In this document: one piece after another, positions 12,768-28,052 of the stretch
Numbering within the stretch: the first letter of the stretch is position 1
Layout of the letters: each line of letters begins with the position of its first letter
From: Eledone cirrhosa
Lineage: Eukaryota
Length of the DNA stretch: 64,000 nt
NCBI GenBank assembly: GCA_964016885.1
Contig: OZ024742.1
Coordinates: 27,900,001-27,964,000, forward strand
Reading direction: 5' to 3'
The notes under the pieces: generated by a model
Database searches by the model: none
What the model saw: only the letters and a program-made list of their open reading frames with translations
Told to the model about the DNA's origin: nothing
Position numbers and translations under genes: made by a program

Positions 12768-13603
12768 TGACAGACTGATGGTTGGATCCATGATACCTTG
12801 AGTCAAAAGTGATGTCTGTAGGTTTTCAGGACCTCACCAACCCATGACCCAGAAGCTGGCCACATATTTGCTACTCATCCACCTTTATCACAAAGATAAA
12901 GCCGTTGGCCACTTGAAAGGCTGTCACAAAGTTGATTAAGGAGTTCTATGCACCCAGGTTTTGAAACCACAGTGATCCATATCCTACACCACCTACTAAC
13001 AACCAAGGCTAATGAGCTATGTCTAACTATACTGGATGGCTGTCGACTCTCCTGACCCATGAGCCTGTGATAAACAGGCAAAACTCCAGCGTAACAATAC
13101 AAAGAAGGGGACATGTGCGTGTGTGGGAGTTGTTTTTTTTGTGTAATACCTTAAATATTGGTGGAATGGTCAATACATTGTTTGTGATGGTGTCTAAGAG
13201 TGTCTAGGTATATTAAGATTGTGCATGAGAGTGCTTTGTCTGTGTATGTATCAAATTATCAAATATAAAATATATTATATATATAAATATAAGAAAAATA
13301 GCATAAGAGAATGATAAATCCAATGATGATAGATTAGTTTAGTGCTTGATGTAAAAAGGAAAGAATAAAAAATGTTGGACACTAGTCCTTCATCAGAGTG
13401 AGAGAGAGAGAAGAGAAAGGAAAGTAGAGGGGAGAAAGCAAGAAAGCTGTAGATAGGAGATGAAGCATTTTTTCTTGTTAGTCAGCCATCTTATATATAT
13501 GCTGGCAGGGAAAGTGGATGTTAAAGTGATGATATGTATATATATACACACATATACATACATTTATATACATACATATTTATAGATAGATATACATTCC
13601 TAC

Positions 13604-13642
<39 letters not shown>

Positions 13643-13969
13643 CAGAGAGAGAGAGGGAGGAGAAAGAGAGAGAACCCTACACCAAACATACTCACTACAA
13701 GGTTTTCCATTAGGCCATATAATAAATAAAACATTTTCTCTATACATTCTCATGTTATTCAAATAGAGATATTCTCTGACTATTAATATATAACATATTA
13801 TCTATCCCCACCCCACGCTACACCACACCACCCTCCCTCACTCAATGTATTGTTACAACAGAATTCCTAGTATTTAGGCCATTCATTGGCTTTTAATGTA
13901 CACACAGCTGAATGAATGGTTGCAGGAAATATATTTGACTTTGCTACAAAATAGAATCCAAGGCCTAAC

Positions 13970-14825
<856 letters not shown>

Positions 14826-15509
14826 ACAACAATAAGAATATGAATAATATTAACAAGACAATAATGATATTAATGATACTATTATTTATAATAACAATAA
14901 TAATAATGTAATACTAACTATATTATTGAAATTGATAATGATAGTTCCTTACATAGATACTACTACTACTATTACTATTACTACTACTACTACTAATAAT
15001 AATAGTAACAATAATAATAAAATGGCAACAACAACAATGATGAGGGAACAGTTATGTTTTAGTTGGTTGTAGTGTTTGTATTCATTGTGTGTATGATTGG
15101 AAATTGATCTTCAGTAACGATTCCTAAGCCAGCCTCACTTCTCCTTCCACCCTACTCACAAAACAACAACAGCAACACCAACATAATGAAGCAATACTAT
15201 ATTCACACATGAGATAATTAGAAATGGATCTGAATAAATATAATTACATAATGCAAAAATACATTACACAGATATCACATACGCTGTAGGGAAGACTTAT
15301 TGTTTGCTGGTACCAACGTTCACAGTGTATATGAACTAGTGGCTCACAGCCTGCCAACCTAATTAGCTGCCTGGTTAGTTAGCTACTTCTGATATAATGT
15401 AATCATTACTGTAGCGACCCCACACATGTGCATGTATATGCAATTTACAAACACATAAACCAGTTCGGGAAGAACACTCTGATCACTTATTTCGTTTTGT
15501 TTTGTCTTC

Positions 15510-15775
15510 GACTGTTTCAGCTTCAACAGTGAGGAAAAGGAAACTTCAGTATCTTGGTCATGGCATCAGGGCCAAAAATTTGACTACTTACATCCTTCAG
15601 GGGTCAGGTCAAAGGATCAGGGGATGGTAGAAAAGGAAATGGACAGATGATTTTAAGGAATGGACAGGAAGAACTTTGGTGGATTTACAGCAATGGTAAG
15701 GGACAGGAAAAGGTGGAGAGTGCTGGTACATGAGTCCATGAGCCCTGACCTTCAAATATAAGGATGCAATGGGAA
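15510..15775 (+). mobile_element. Degenerate RTE/BovB-like C-terminal fragment
   Basis: RKRKLQYLGH..RAKNLTTYILQG..RKWTDDFKEWTG. Confidence 0.6.
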
Positions 15776-16339
15776 GAAAGGGTTTCAGCTTCACATCTGA
15801 AAAGAGGGTAATAGCCCAGAAATATGTTAAAATACGCTGGGTAAATTACTTCATTTTGTTTTGCTTCATTTGTCATCATTTGCACTTCGTATTTTTCTAC
15901 CACATTGTTCTGGCTTTAAATCAATATTATCGGCCTTTTACTATGTAATCATAATTGTTATGCCTGGTTATTTTTCCATGCTGTTCAGGACTAGATGAGA
16001 TGTTTTTCAGGGAGTATTTAGTGTCTGAAAGTCTTTCCTGATGCCAATTCATACTTGTGTTTAAAGTTTTAGTAAGGTATTTAATCCAAGGATATTCACA
16101 TAAATATACAACATACGCTACATTCATGAGGATACAATCATAAAGCCATGTTCTTTTACTTTTTTACTCTTTTCAGTTATCAGACTGCTTTCATGCTTGG
16201 GCACCGCCTTCATTTTAGTCAAGTATATAGAACCCCTGTACATATTGTATCAATCGCTTTCTTGTTGAATCACTAAGTTATAGGACATAAACAGAGACAC
16301 CTCAAACTCTACATTTCATGGTGGGTATCCTTCAAATGT

Positions 16340-17030
16340 CGTGGTGACCTGTTGTTGACCACTAACTATACATCTGTTGTTAGGAGACCTTCTATTGACA
16401 TGTGACCAGCTGTTGACCACTAACTATACATCTGTTGTTAGGAGACCTTCTATTGACATGTGACCAGCTGTTGACCACTAACTATACATCTGTTGTTAGG
16501 AGATCTTCTATTGACATGTGACCAGCTGTTGACCACTAACCATACATCTGTCAGTAGGAGAATTTCCATTGACATGTGACCAGCTGTTGACCAGTAACTA
16601 TACATCTGTTGGTGGGAGATCTTCAAATGACATGTGACCAGCTGTCCTCTAATTCTACATCTGTCAGTGGGAGATCTTCGAATGACATGTGACCATCTGT
16701 CCTCTAACTCTACATCTGTCGGTGGGAGATCTTCAATTGACATGTGACCAGTTGTTGACCACTAACTTTACATCTGTTGGTGGGAGATCTTCAAATGACA
16801 TGTGACCAGATGTCCTCTAATTCTACATCTGTTGATGGGAGATCTTCAATTGACATGTCACCAGATGTCCTCTAACTCTACATCTGTTAACGGGAGACCT
16901 TCAATTGACATGAGACCAGATGTCCTCTAACTCTACATCTGTTAATGGGAGATCTTCAATTGACTAGATGTTCTCTAACTCTACATCTGTTGGTAGGTGT
17001 CCATCAAATGATATGTTACCAGATGTCCCT
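16340..17030. repeat. 55-58-bp minisatellite
   Basis: Unit GACCAGCTGTTGACCACTAACTATACATCTGTTGTTAGGAGACCTTCTATTGACATGT. Confidence 0.9.
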
Positions 17031-17886
17031 TGCAGTGAATTTTGGCAATAAGGATCATCATCATCATCATCTTTATCATCCTTATCATCATCATCATCTT
17101 TATCATCATCTTTATCATCTTTATCATCATCATCATCATCATCTTTATCATCATCATCGCCGTCATCTTTATCATCATTAACATTGTTATCGCCGTCGTC
17201 GTCTTCATCATCATTTTTATCATCATCATCATCATCATCATCATATTTATCATCATCGCCGTCATCTTTATCATCATTATCATCATCATCACCATCATCT
17301 TTATCATCATTATCATCATCATCACAGTCATCTTTATCATTATTATCATTGTTATCATCATCTTTACCATCACTGTATTCTTTGCTTCTACTCTCTCTCT
17401 CCTTCATCCATCGAGTCCTTGTTCTCCTGTCTATTCCCCCACCCCACCTCTACAATTGAAATAGATTCATCACATGACCCAATATCACAGCATTAGCTCT
17501 CCTAACACCAGTTCTGTTTATTTACACACATGCATATGCTTTCACACACACACAGACACATGTGCACATACATGCACACATCTCCACACATACAATACCA
17601 TACCATCAAACCCTACACCCCACTCTCATTGTTGTAGTAAAGAGAGGGGAGAGTGAGAGAGAGAGAGCGAGAGAGAGATGGATAGATAGATAGATAAGCA
17701 GAAAGAGAGAGAGGGGGGGGAGAGATGAGTAATAGATAAATAGATAGATTGTATGGAGAGTGGGAGGGAAGGGGTGAGAGATGAGGAGTGAGAGAGAAGG
17801 GGAGAGAGATTGTCAGCTAAATAGATAGGGAGAGTGAGATAGAAATAGATAGATATTTAGATAGATAGAGGAAGAGAGAGAGATAA

Positions 17887-17956
<70 letters not shown>

Positions 17957-18099
17957 CAATCTGTTATGAATTCCTCATCCTATTATAAAAGTTATCAAAG
18001 ATCTGATCAAAGCAAGGGAGCATTTAGTAATACTTTAAAGCATTCATAAAATGGTCCCTAATGATTCTTACAAGATGGGAGAAGGGAAGATAAAGAATT

Positions 18100-20060
18100 C
18101 CACTACCACTACTACAACAGTAGCAACAACAATTACTACTATCACTACTTCACCATCACTACTACTGTAGTGACAACAACCACCACAACTACAACAGTAG
18201 CAATAACAACCACCACAACTACAACAGTAGCAACAAAAACTACTATCACCACTACTACAATTACCATCATCACACCACCACTACTACCACCATCACCACC
18301 ACTACTACCACCATCACCACCACTATTACCATCACCACCACTACTACCACCATCACCACCACTATTACCATCACCACCACTACTACCATCACCACCACCA
18401 CCACTACTGCCACTATAACACACCACCATCACCACCACTACAACCACCATCATCACCACTACTACCATCACCACCACTACTGCCACTATAACACACCACC
18501 ATCACCACCACTACAACCACCATCACCACCACTACTGCCACTATAACACACCACCATCACCACCACTACCATCACCACCACCACCACTACTGCCACTATA
18601 ACACACCACCATCACCACCACTACAACCACCATCATCACCACTACTACCATCACCACCACTACTGCCACTATAACACACCACCATCACCACCACTACAAC
18701 CACCATCACCACCACTACTGCCACTATAACACACCACCATCACCACCACTACCATCACCACCACCACCACTACTGCCACTATAACACACCACCATCACCA
18801 CCACTACAACCACCATCATCACCACTACTACCATCACCACCACTACTGCCACTATAACACACCACCATCACCACCACTACCATCACCACCACCACCACTA
18901 CTGCCACTATAACACACCACCATCACCACCACTACAACCACCATCACCACCACTACTGCCACTATAACACACCACCATCACCACCACTACAACCACCATC
19001 ACCACCACTACTGCCACTATAACACACCACCATCACCACCACTACAACCACCATCACCACCACTACTGCCACTATAACACACCACCATCACCACCACTAC
19101 AACCACCATCATCACCACTACTGCCACTATAACACACCACCATCACCACCACTACAACCACCATCATCACCACTACTACCATCACCACCACTACTGCCAC
19201 TATAACACACCACCATCACCACCACTACAACCACCATCATCACCACTACTACCATCACCACCACTACTGCCACTATAACACACCACCATCACCACCACTA
19301 CAACCACCATCAGCACCACTACTGCCACTATAACACACCACCATCACCACCACTACCATCACCACCACCACCACTACTGCCACTATAACACACCACCATC
19401 ACCACCACTACAACCACCATCATCACCACTACTACCATCACCACCACTACTGCCACTATAACACACCACCATCACCACCACTACCATCACCACCACCACC
19501 ACTACTGCCACTATAACACACCACCATCACCACCACTACAACCACCATCAGCACCACTACTGCCACTATAACACACCACCATCACCACCACTACCATCAC
19601 CACCACCACCACTACTGCCACTATAACACACCACCATCACCACCACTACAACCACCATCATCACCACTACTACCATCACCACCACTACTGCCACTATAAC
19701 ACACCACCATCACCACCACTACAACCACCATCACCACCACTACTGCCACTATAACACACCACCATCACCACCACTACCATCACCACCACCACCACTACTG
19801 CCACTATAACACACCACCATCACCACCACTACAACCACCATCACCACCACTACTGCCACTATAACACACCACCATCACCACCACTACAACCACCATCATC
19901 ACCACTACTACCATCACCACCACTACTGCCACTATAACACACCACCATCACCACCACTACAACCACCATCACCACCACTACTGCCACTATAACACACCAC
20001 CATCACCACCACTACAACCACCATCACCACCACTACTACCAACAACAACCACACCACTAC
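18100..20060. repeat. (CAC/TAC)-based higher-order tandem repeat
   Basis: Recurring ACTACTGCCACTATAACACACCACCATCACCACCACTAC units of about 59/62/77 bp. Confidence 0.9.
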
Positions 20061-20306
20061 TATACCAATACTATAATTATCACCACTATCCAAACACTGT
20101 GTATTATATTACTGAGGGTCAACAATGGTGATGGCTTCACCAGTCTTGTACCAATGATCCACTGGTATTATAGGATTTGCTGTAGACTGGCTAGTTTGTA
20201 TGTGTGTGTATTGTGTGTGTATTGTGTGTGTATATGTGTGTATTGTGTGTGTATGTGTGTGTATGTATGTGTATGTATGTGAATATGTGCATATAATAAT
20301 AATAAT

Positions 20307-20731
20307 AATTGTTTCTACGTTAGGCACAAGGCCAGCAATTAACCAGTGTATTACTGGTACTTTATTTTATCGACCCCGTAAGGATGAAAGGCAAAGTTAA
20401 CCTCGGCTGGATTTGAACTCAGAATGGCAGGGGCCGTAACTCTATGCGTCAAAGCATGGCGTCTGACCCTCTACCAATACTGTCAATCCACCACCCTAAC
20501 AGTATAATATAATAATAATAATAATAATAGTTTCTAATTTAGGGACAAGGTCAGCAATTTGGGGGGAAGGGAAAGTTGATTAAATCAACCCCAGTGCATT
20601 ACTGGTACTTTATTTATCAAGGATGATAGGTAAAGCTAACCTCGGTAGGATTTGAACTCAGAAAGCAAAGGGCCATAACTCTATGCTGCAAAGCATGGTA
20701 TCTGACGTTCTACTAATTCTGCCAATCCACA
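20307..20731 (-). mobile_element. Two tandem SINE-A copies
   Basis: Short variant 20307-20496 and long variant 20527-20731. Confidence 0.85.
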
Positions 20732-21299
20732 GCCATGAAAATTATTGTGTACACTGCTCAGGTGCACTAAAACTCATCAAAAGTGCAGAGGAGATAAGAA
20801 AGAAATCTGAAAAGTGGAGAGATGCTGTACTGAGAAGGACCCATCCAACACATGCAAGCATGGAACATCATCATCATCATTTAACATCTATTTTCCATGC
20901 TAGCATAGGTTAGATGGGTTTTGCCATCTGAGGCAAATCAAGTGTCTGGCTTGGTTTCTATGGCTGGATGCCCTTCCTAACACTAACCCGATGTACAGTG
21001 TGTGCTGGCTGCTTTTTGACACTTACACAACCACATTATAATTTGGGCTGGTGTTTTTTGTCATGATACCAACATGAACACTTTACAGTATGGGCTGGTC
21101 ACTTTTTTTTTGTGGCACCAAATGACCACTTTACCATGGAACAATTGATATGTGATGCTGATGCTGAATGCTATGATAGTGCCCTTACTATTCCATCAAG
21201 AGTTAATAAACCAGGACTGATATAAAAAAGTCATCTGGATAGATAGTCTTCTTGCTCTTGTTCAATGAGGCTGGGGGGGGGGGGTCTTCTTAGGTCAAT

Positions 21300-21560
21300 T
21301 ATCCCAGAGGCATCATCATAAATAAAACTGACCAGGTCTGCCAGTACCCTCCATAACTGGTGATTCCATGCCAGCCCATTTGCATCCTCCAAGGTGATGC
21401 TGAGCATCTGGAGTTCTTTGGTGACATCCAGCCTTCTAGTGCAGTGCTTGTCGTGGAGTCTCTTCCAGCCTGTTGCTGTAGGATGATCTGACAGTAGACA
21501 AAGCACATGTCCATACTGGCAAATGTGGTGGATGGCTGCTACAGTGCATAGTAATCACTA
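21300..21560 (-). mobile_element. Degenerate RTE-like C-terminal fragment
   Basis: YGHVLCLLSDHP..LDVTKELQ..ITLEDANGLAWNHQLWR. Confidence 0.5.
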
Positions 21561-22189
21561 ATTATAGCAGTTAACAGTTGTTGGTTAAATATAAATTCCC
21601 TCCCCTATTGGCTGTGATATGGATATGAGTGCAGTATTTTAAAAAAATGTTCTTTAGAGAAAAAATAGCACTCTCTAAAAATATATTAACTTCAGAGAGA
21701 AGAAAAAATAACATGCAGAAAAAAATCAATGATTTTTCTGTGTTGATAGACTATCTTGTATTGTATTTGAATTGAGGAAAAGCAAATAAAATGAAAATAT
21801 TTTACTTTCATGATGTGAAGAATGAATTTTATATTCATTTTGTAGCAAAAACAATAATTAAAATCTAACTGTAGAATCATTTTTAAAAATCTATTTCATA
21901 TATATTTCTTATGATTTATATTATATTCATTACTATGAAATAAATATGATATAGATTAAAGGCAAGTCTCCAGTTTAATTTTATGTCATATAATTTTCCT
22001 GAAAAGAATCTAAAAGCTTATCATATTTCTATAAAAGACTAACCTCTTTACCATACATACACACTCATTCATATATTGGGTTAGAGAGGTTGTCATATTC
22101 TGAGGCTAGACAGGTCATGCGGCCTTGTTTTACTCATATGTTCTGTTTTAGGCTTGCTTTCTACAACCAGATGCCCTTCCTAATGCCAA

Positions 22190-22790
22190 CCACTTTACAG
22201 TAGGTAATAGGAGCATTTTCTTGTGGCACCTGCACTACCACCTTACAAAGTGGCATGGGTGATTTTTATTACAGAACCATCATTACCACCTTACAGCGAG
22301 GGTTAGGTGTGTTTTATCATGGTACCTGCACTACCATCTTACAGAATAGGTAGGGTGTGATTTATAATAGCACAAACACTATCACTTTACAGTATGGGTT
22401 AGGTGTGTTTTATTATGGTATAAACACTACCATTTTACAGTGTGTTTTTTACCATCAACCAAACACTCGCATCATATAGCATGTACTGTGTGGATTTTAA
22501 TGTGGCACCTGCAATAATATTTCACACTGGAAAGGGTGTATTTTATTGTAGTGCCAACACTACAGTATGGGCTGTGTGTCTTTTATTATGGCACCAACAC
22601 TACCTCTTTGCAGTGTGGGCTGGCTATGTTCCCTTGTGGCACCAGCACTACCTCGTTACAGTGTGGGCTGGGTGTGTTTTATTATGGCACCAGCACTAAC
22701 TCTTTGCAGTATGAGCTGAGGGTGTTTCATTGTGGTACCAGTACTATCACTTTACAATGTAAGCTGAGGGTGTTTCATCATGGTACCAAC
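22190..22790. repeat. About 48-bp degenerate tandem array derived from the RTE/SINE 3'UTR repeat
   Basis: Unit CCACTTTACAGTGTGGGCTGGGTGTGTTTTATTATGGCACC..; similar array at 28250-28530. Confidence 0.75.
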
Positions 22791-23564
22791 ACAAAGTATA
22801 ATACATACATTAAAATGAAAGTATCATTATAGGAAAGAAAGAAAGAAAATGCTTTCATGAGGTTTATATCGAATAATAATAATATTCGATTAACCCAGAA
22901 ACAACATCATTGTTGATTGTTTCTTTCTGCCATGGCTAAATCAAAAGGATGACGATAGTCATCTAAAACATACAGCATAATGAGGCTGTTTACTTACAAA
23001 CGAATTTAATATTATCTTTATTCGATATAGACTCGTGAATGCATTTTCATATCCAGTATGTTAGAGCAAAAATTAATTTTAAAAAAGAAAAATCAACATA
23101 AATCCTTTAATTTCTGGGACAAAATTATACCAGGTCAAGGGTAAAATGTGACAGACACAAACACAAATTATTTCAATTGTTGTTGTTGTTGTTATTTAGC
23201 CTCAGGCTAACTCTTGCCAAGCTGACATAATCAAGGGCATTGCATTTGTGTTTACACAAAAAAAAAAAAAAAAAAAAAATGTTATTGGTGCTTGAGGTTT
23301 TAAACCTTTTTCTTGATATTTTCAAGCCACTGATTGAGAAAACAACACCCACTTTGTTTCATCAGCTCTAGTTTTTTTAGATATGGCATATGTCATTATT
23401 TATTTTTACTTTTCTAGAATGGTATTATTATGAGTTGCTCATAAATCTAAATGCATCTGTATAATTAAATTGTAGCTATGATTTTGTTGATGTTGGTTCT
23501 TTACATGTCTATTCTGTTTCAAGTGTTGACGTGACTTCATCATGACAAAAATGTTTAAATCATC

Positions 23565-23800
23565 CAGATGTCTTCTTCTTTGCTTTCCTCTTCTTTGCCC
23601 ACTTATTCCTGAGAGTGTTGTGGGGGCAGAGTCCTCAAACATGCCTTCTAAGTCTCCAACTGATCCAGCTGGACCCCCAAGCAGGTCCAGCCAAGCTCAT
23701 GGATGTTGTTCAACCATCTTGCTTGGGGTCAACCCCTGTGTCTCCTGCCAGTTGGTTTTGCCTGTAAAATCTCTCCAGTGATTCTTTCCTGAGACATTGT
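23565..23800 (-). mobile_element. RTE-like 3' fragment
   Basis: Homologous to 50120-50360 and 52561-52770. Confidence 0.65.
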
Positions 23801-23819
23801 AGAGTACATATATTCTTTG

Positions 23820-24650
23820 AATAGTAAAAAAACTATAGGTGATTTTATGAAAAGAATCAATTTTGCCTATTTCAAAGTATGGAGGTTAGGATGTTGGACT
23901 TATGCTCATGTTGTTGTGGGTTTGATTCCTGTGTTGTGTGTTGTGTTCATGAGCAAAACACTTCATTTTACATTGCTCCTGTATACTCAGCTGAAAATGA
24001 TTACCAGTAGGGAGTCTTATACTCTCAGAGGCTTTGCACCATGAAACTGGGATAAGCACTGGCCTAATGACCCTTCTGACAAATTACAACTAGGGGACCA
24101 AGATAAGCTATGGGTTTGTCATGTTATTTGTAAAAAAAAATAGAATATATATGAAGCATCTGTAGCAATGGACCAATGGAAAGAGAGATGCTTGAAATTT
24201 GGGATACCAATTGTATGGCAAGAACAGAGAAACTAGAGTGATGACTCTTACTTTTGTTTGGAGAATATAAAGGGTTTTGATAAATATAACCAGAGTAAAT
24301 GGATGTATCCTAAAATAGAGTCAACATGACAGCCTGTGGGACATTACCATGAAATACGTATCTCATCATTCATTCATCTTCCAGAGCTCCTTCATGAAGA
24401 GAATGAATTAAATATTGACAAGGGAAGAATGTGTGGGCAAAATGACAATTTGTCATCAGCTACAGAAGTTTTTAGTCATCACGAATTGAATGGCCTCATA
24501 AGGGACTTTAGTGTTTCGAAGAAACTCTCTGAATTGTTAACTGCCAGGCTTAGAGAAAAATATTTCCCTTCATTGAGGAACAAAATCATGTGATATCATG
24601 ACAGAGAAAAAGATTTACTATCCTTCTTCTCAAAACAGAACAATTTTATT
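23820..24650 (+). pseudogene. DNA transposase remnant, probably CMC/Chapaev-3 type, interrupted by a SINE
   Basis: DFMKRINFAYFK [SINE 23881-24078] LQLGDQDKLWVCHVIC..FGIPIVWQEQRN*SDDSYFC..YPKIEST*QPVGH..FSHHELNGLIRDFSVSKKLSELLTARLREK. Superfamily assigned from recalled motifs. Confidence 0.7.
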
Positions 24651-25339
24651 TCTACAATAATAATAATGATAATAATGAAAATTATTGTGTACAGTGTTCA
24701 GGTGCACTACAACTTATCAAAGGTGCATATAATAGTACATAGAATAATGTACAAATGTGTAAAGATTGCTGATGAAACTGCTCATATTGGAATATACACT
24801 AAGAGAATGGTAGTTATTGATAGATAGCTCCAAATGTAGCCTGAAATATCTTCTACATAATGGTAAAAGATAAAAATCAATCCCATTTGATGACACTGTC
24901 AGTATGTATGAGGTGCACAAAACAATTGCCTAAGTCCTAGAAAAGGTATTATATGAAGACACCCATCTGTGTCATCATCGTTTTAATGTTCAATTTTCCT
25001 GCCTAGCAAGGGTTTGACACAAACCAAAGGTCATCAGTGGGATTTGAACTCAGAACATAAAGGTACATAACTCTATGCTGCAAATCGTGTCTGGCACTCT
25101 ACCAATACTGCCAATCCACTGCCCCCATCAGCTTAATGGAAAAAGTTATTTTACTAAATTACTCCAAATTCTTGAATATTCTCAATATTAATTGAAACAT
25201 GGAAATATGAAAATTAAAGGGATAATCTTTGTTTTAAAAATACTTTCATTATTAACATGGCATTATTAACATATTAAGATGGCAGTAAGAGAGGAGTTTA
25301 GAAATCCTTTGCTGATATTTAGCTATGTTCTGTTTTTAA

Positions 25340-25571
25340 CCCTTTAGTTAGCAACCCGGCCAAAACTGGCTCTGGTTACATGAAGTAAAACCATCCATTT
25401 TAAAGTTTTCTAAATTAAATCAAAATCTTCCAACATAATTTTATATAAGAACCTTACATTAAGTTACCATCTTAGTAATGAAATAGTTAATAATTTTAGT
25501 AAATTCCTTGAAATCCTTCATTAATTAATTGAAAGAGTGTGTATTTCATGAGAAATACGGTCATGAAAGGG
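25340..25571. mobile_element. piggyBac-type MITE
   Basis: TTAA|CCCTTT ... AAAGGG|TTAA. Confidence 0.7.
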
Positions 25572-26749
25572 TTAAATTTTACCACAAAAGGCCATCAATT
25601 TCTCTTTCTTAATTCCAGTTTAGTGACATAAGCAACAGTTAGCCACCTTCTAGAGACCAGAGGAATAGTAATTATATAAACTACACCTCATCTCCTTTTC
25701 TCACTCCTAAATTTTAGATCTTGTGCTAATATGAGAAATCATTATAATTATCACTACTACATTGCTGAAGACTGGGTCTTTTGTTCACCTAAGTATCATT
25801 ATAGCAGCCAATAACCTCTTAATATTCCTCCAAGGTTCTATTTTCAACTGCATATATTATTTTTGTTGTTGTTGCTGTTGTTGTTGTTCTTCAGTTTGGT
25901 AGTGGAGGAGAAGAGGGAGGGACACCTAGTTGATGAAAGAAGAAGATATGAATGAAATATGAGAAATATCTTCAGGATATGATGCTGAGATGAGGAAAAG
26001 GGAGGGAATCTGAAGAGATTTTAAAGGACTTAAAGTAGTATGAAGTATACAGATGATGATGATGATGACAGTGATAAAATAATGAATAAGGTGATGGTAA
26101 AATGAAAAGGGTAATGATGATAATTTTGTTGTTGTCATTGTTCTTGGTGGTGGTAGTGGTGGTGACAGCTGTGGTAGTGTTGGTGGCAGTGGTGGAGGTG
26201 GTGGTGGTGGTGGTGGTGGTGGTGATAGTGGTGGTGGTGGTTGTGACAGTTGTGGTAGTGTTGGTGGCAGTGATGGAGGTGGTGTTAGTGATGGTGACAG
26301 TGGTGATGGTGGCAGTGGTTATGGTGGTGGTTGTGACAGCTGTGGTGGTGATAGCAGTGGTAGTGTTGGTGATGGTGGTGGCGATAGCAGTGGTAGTGCT
26401 GGTGGTGGTGGCGACAGCAGTGGTAGTGGTGGTGATAGCAGTGATAGTGGTGGTGGAAGTGGTGACAACAGTGGTAGTGATGGTGGTTGTAATATAATGA
26501 TCATGATGATATTATGAGGAACCTGATGATGATGTTGATAATGATGATGATGATTATTATTATTATCATTATTATTATGATGAGCAAATGAAAGAGATGA
26601 TGATGATAAACTGTAGAAAACTGAAGTGGATGCTAAGATGAAGAAGATAATAAAATGGTGATGATTCTGACAGGAAAGATTAAAGGACAAAATGTACTAC
26701 AAAGCAGAACAAAACAGGAAATTGTTCAGAGAAAAATAATATGAATAAA

Positions 26750-27003
26750 ATGAAAATAAAGATAGGATATTAACCCATTAAGGACCAAGTCTAGTGATGT
26801 TTCTACTCAACAGAAAAAAGGGATACTTTTATTGGGTTATTTTATATAAATCTTTAAAATCTTATATCTCAAGCTCAATAAAATGAAAATAAAGATAGGA
26901 TATTAACCCATTAAGGACCAAGTCTAGTGATGTATCTACTCAACAGAAAAAGGGGCTACTTTTATAGGGTTATTTTATATAAAGCTTTAAAATCTTATAT
27001 CTC
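26750..27003. repeat. About 127-bp tandem duplication
   Basis: AATAAAATGAAAATAAAGATAGGATATTAACCCATTAAGGACC... twice. Confidence 0.85.
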
Positions 27004-27564
27004 AATTTCAAAAAACTTAAGAAAAAATATATTATATGTACTTATGTAAAAATCAAAATGTTTTAGACTTTTTTTGCCTAATTTTAAAGGGTTGGCTATA
27101 CATAGGCACTAACTTCATGAGGGTGAAATTTACACTGCAATATAAATCACATTTCTAATTACTCTCAGGTCTTGAATAATCACCCTGCCCTCTCTTATTA
27201 ATTTTTCAGATTTTTTCCACACACCGTCCACTTTTATTCCACCCCACTTCTACCCTCACTGTTTATATAACATTTTGCTAATCTATCTCCTGCGAAATTT
27301 TATTGTAAATTATTCATATGGATACAGCAGCTGGAGAATCTAATGATAATATTATTTTACATTAAAAAACATTATATATGACAAAAAAAATCAACATTAC
27401 AAGAAATCTTATATTTACAAATGTACACAATACAATTACCAATTCCTTACCCCCCCCCCCCCTCGTTTATTCCACCACCACCTACACTTATAGGAATTCA
27501 AGCAAATGTCCAAAACCCCTGCTTATTTCACCCCCTCCCCCTTATTAATTGGGATCCAAGAGAA

Positions 27565-28052
27565 CACTTTGTAATACTAATTTCACTGTGAACCACTAAT
27601 TACACTTTGTAATATTAATTTCACTGTGTACCACTAATTACACTGTGTACCACTAATTACACTGGGTGCCACTAATTACACTGGGTGCCACTAATTACAC
27701 TGGGTGCCACTAATTACACTGTGAACCACTAATTACACGGTGAACCACTAATTACACCATGTACCACTAATTACACTGTGTACCATTAATTACACTTTGT
27801 ACCACTAATTACACTGGGCACCACTAATTACACTGTGTACCACTAATTACACTGTGTACCACTAATTACACTGTGTACCACTAATTACACTGTGTACCAC
27901 TAATTACACTGGGCACCACTAATTACACAGTGTACCACTAATTACACTGGGCACCACTAATTACACTGTGTACCACTAATTACACTGTGTACCACTAATT
28001 ACACTGTGTACCACTAATTACACTGTGTTTTACTAATTACCGTGTACCACTA
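27565..28052. repeat. 19-bp minisatellite
   Basis: (CCACTAATTACACTGTGTA)n. Confidence 0.92.

Noticed and set aside
18100-20060. Mucin-like coding repeat
   Set aside because: Unit lengths are not multiples of three, and stops (TAA/TAG) recur.
20109-20190. HWYKTGEAI peptide as a second Ig exon
   Set aside because: Runs into a stop, with no donor site and no Cys or other Ig motifs.
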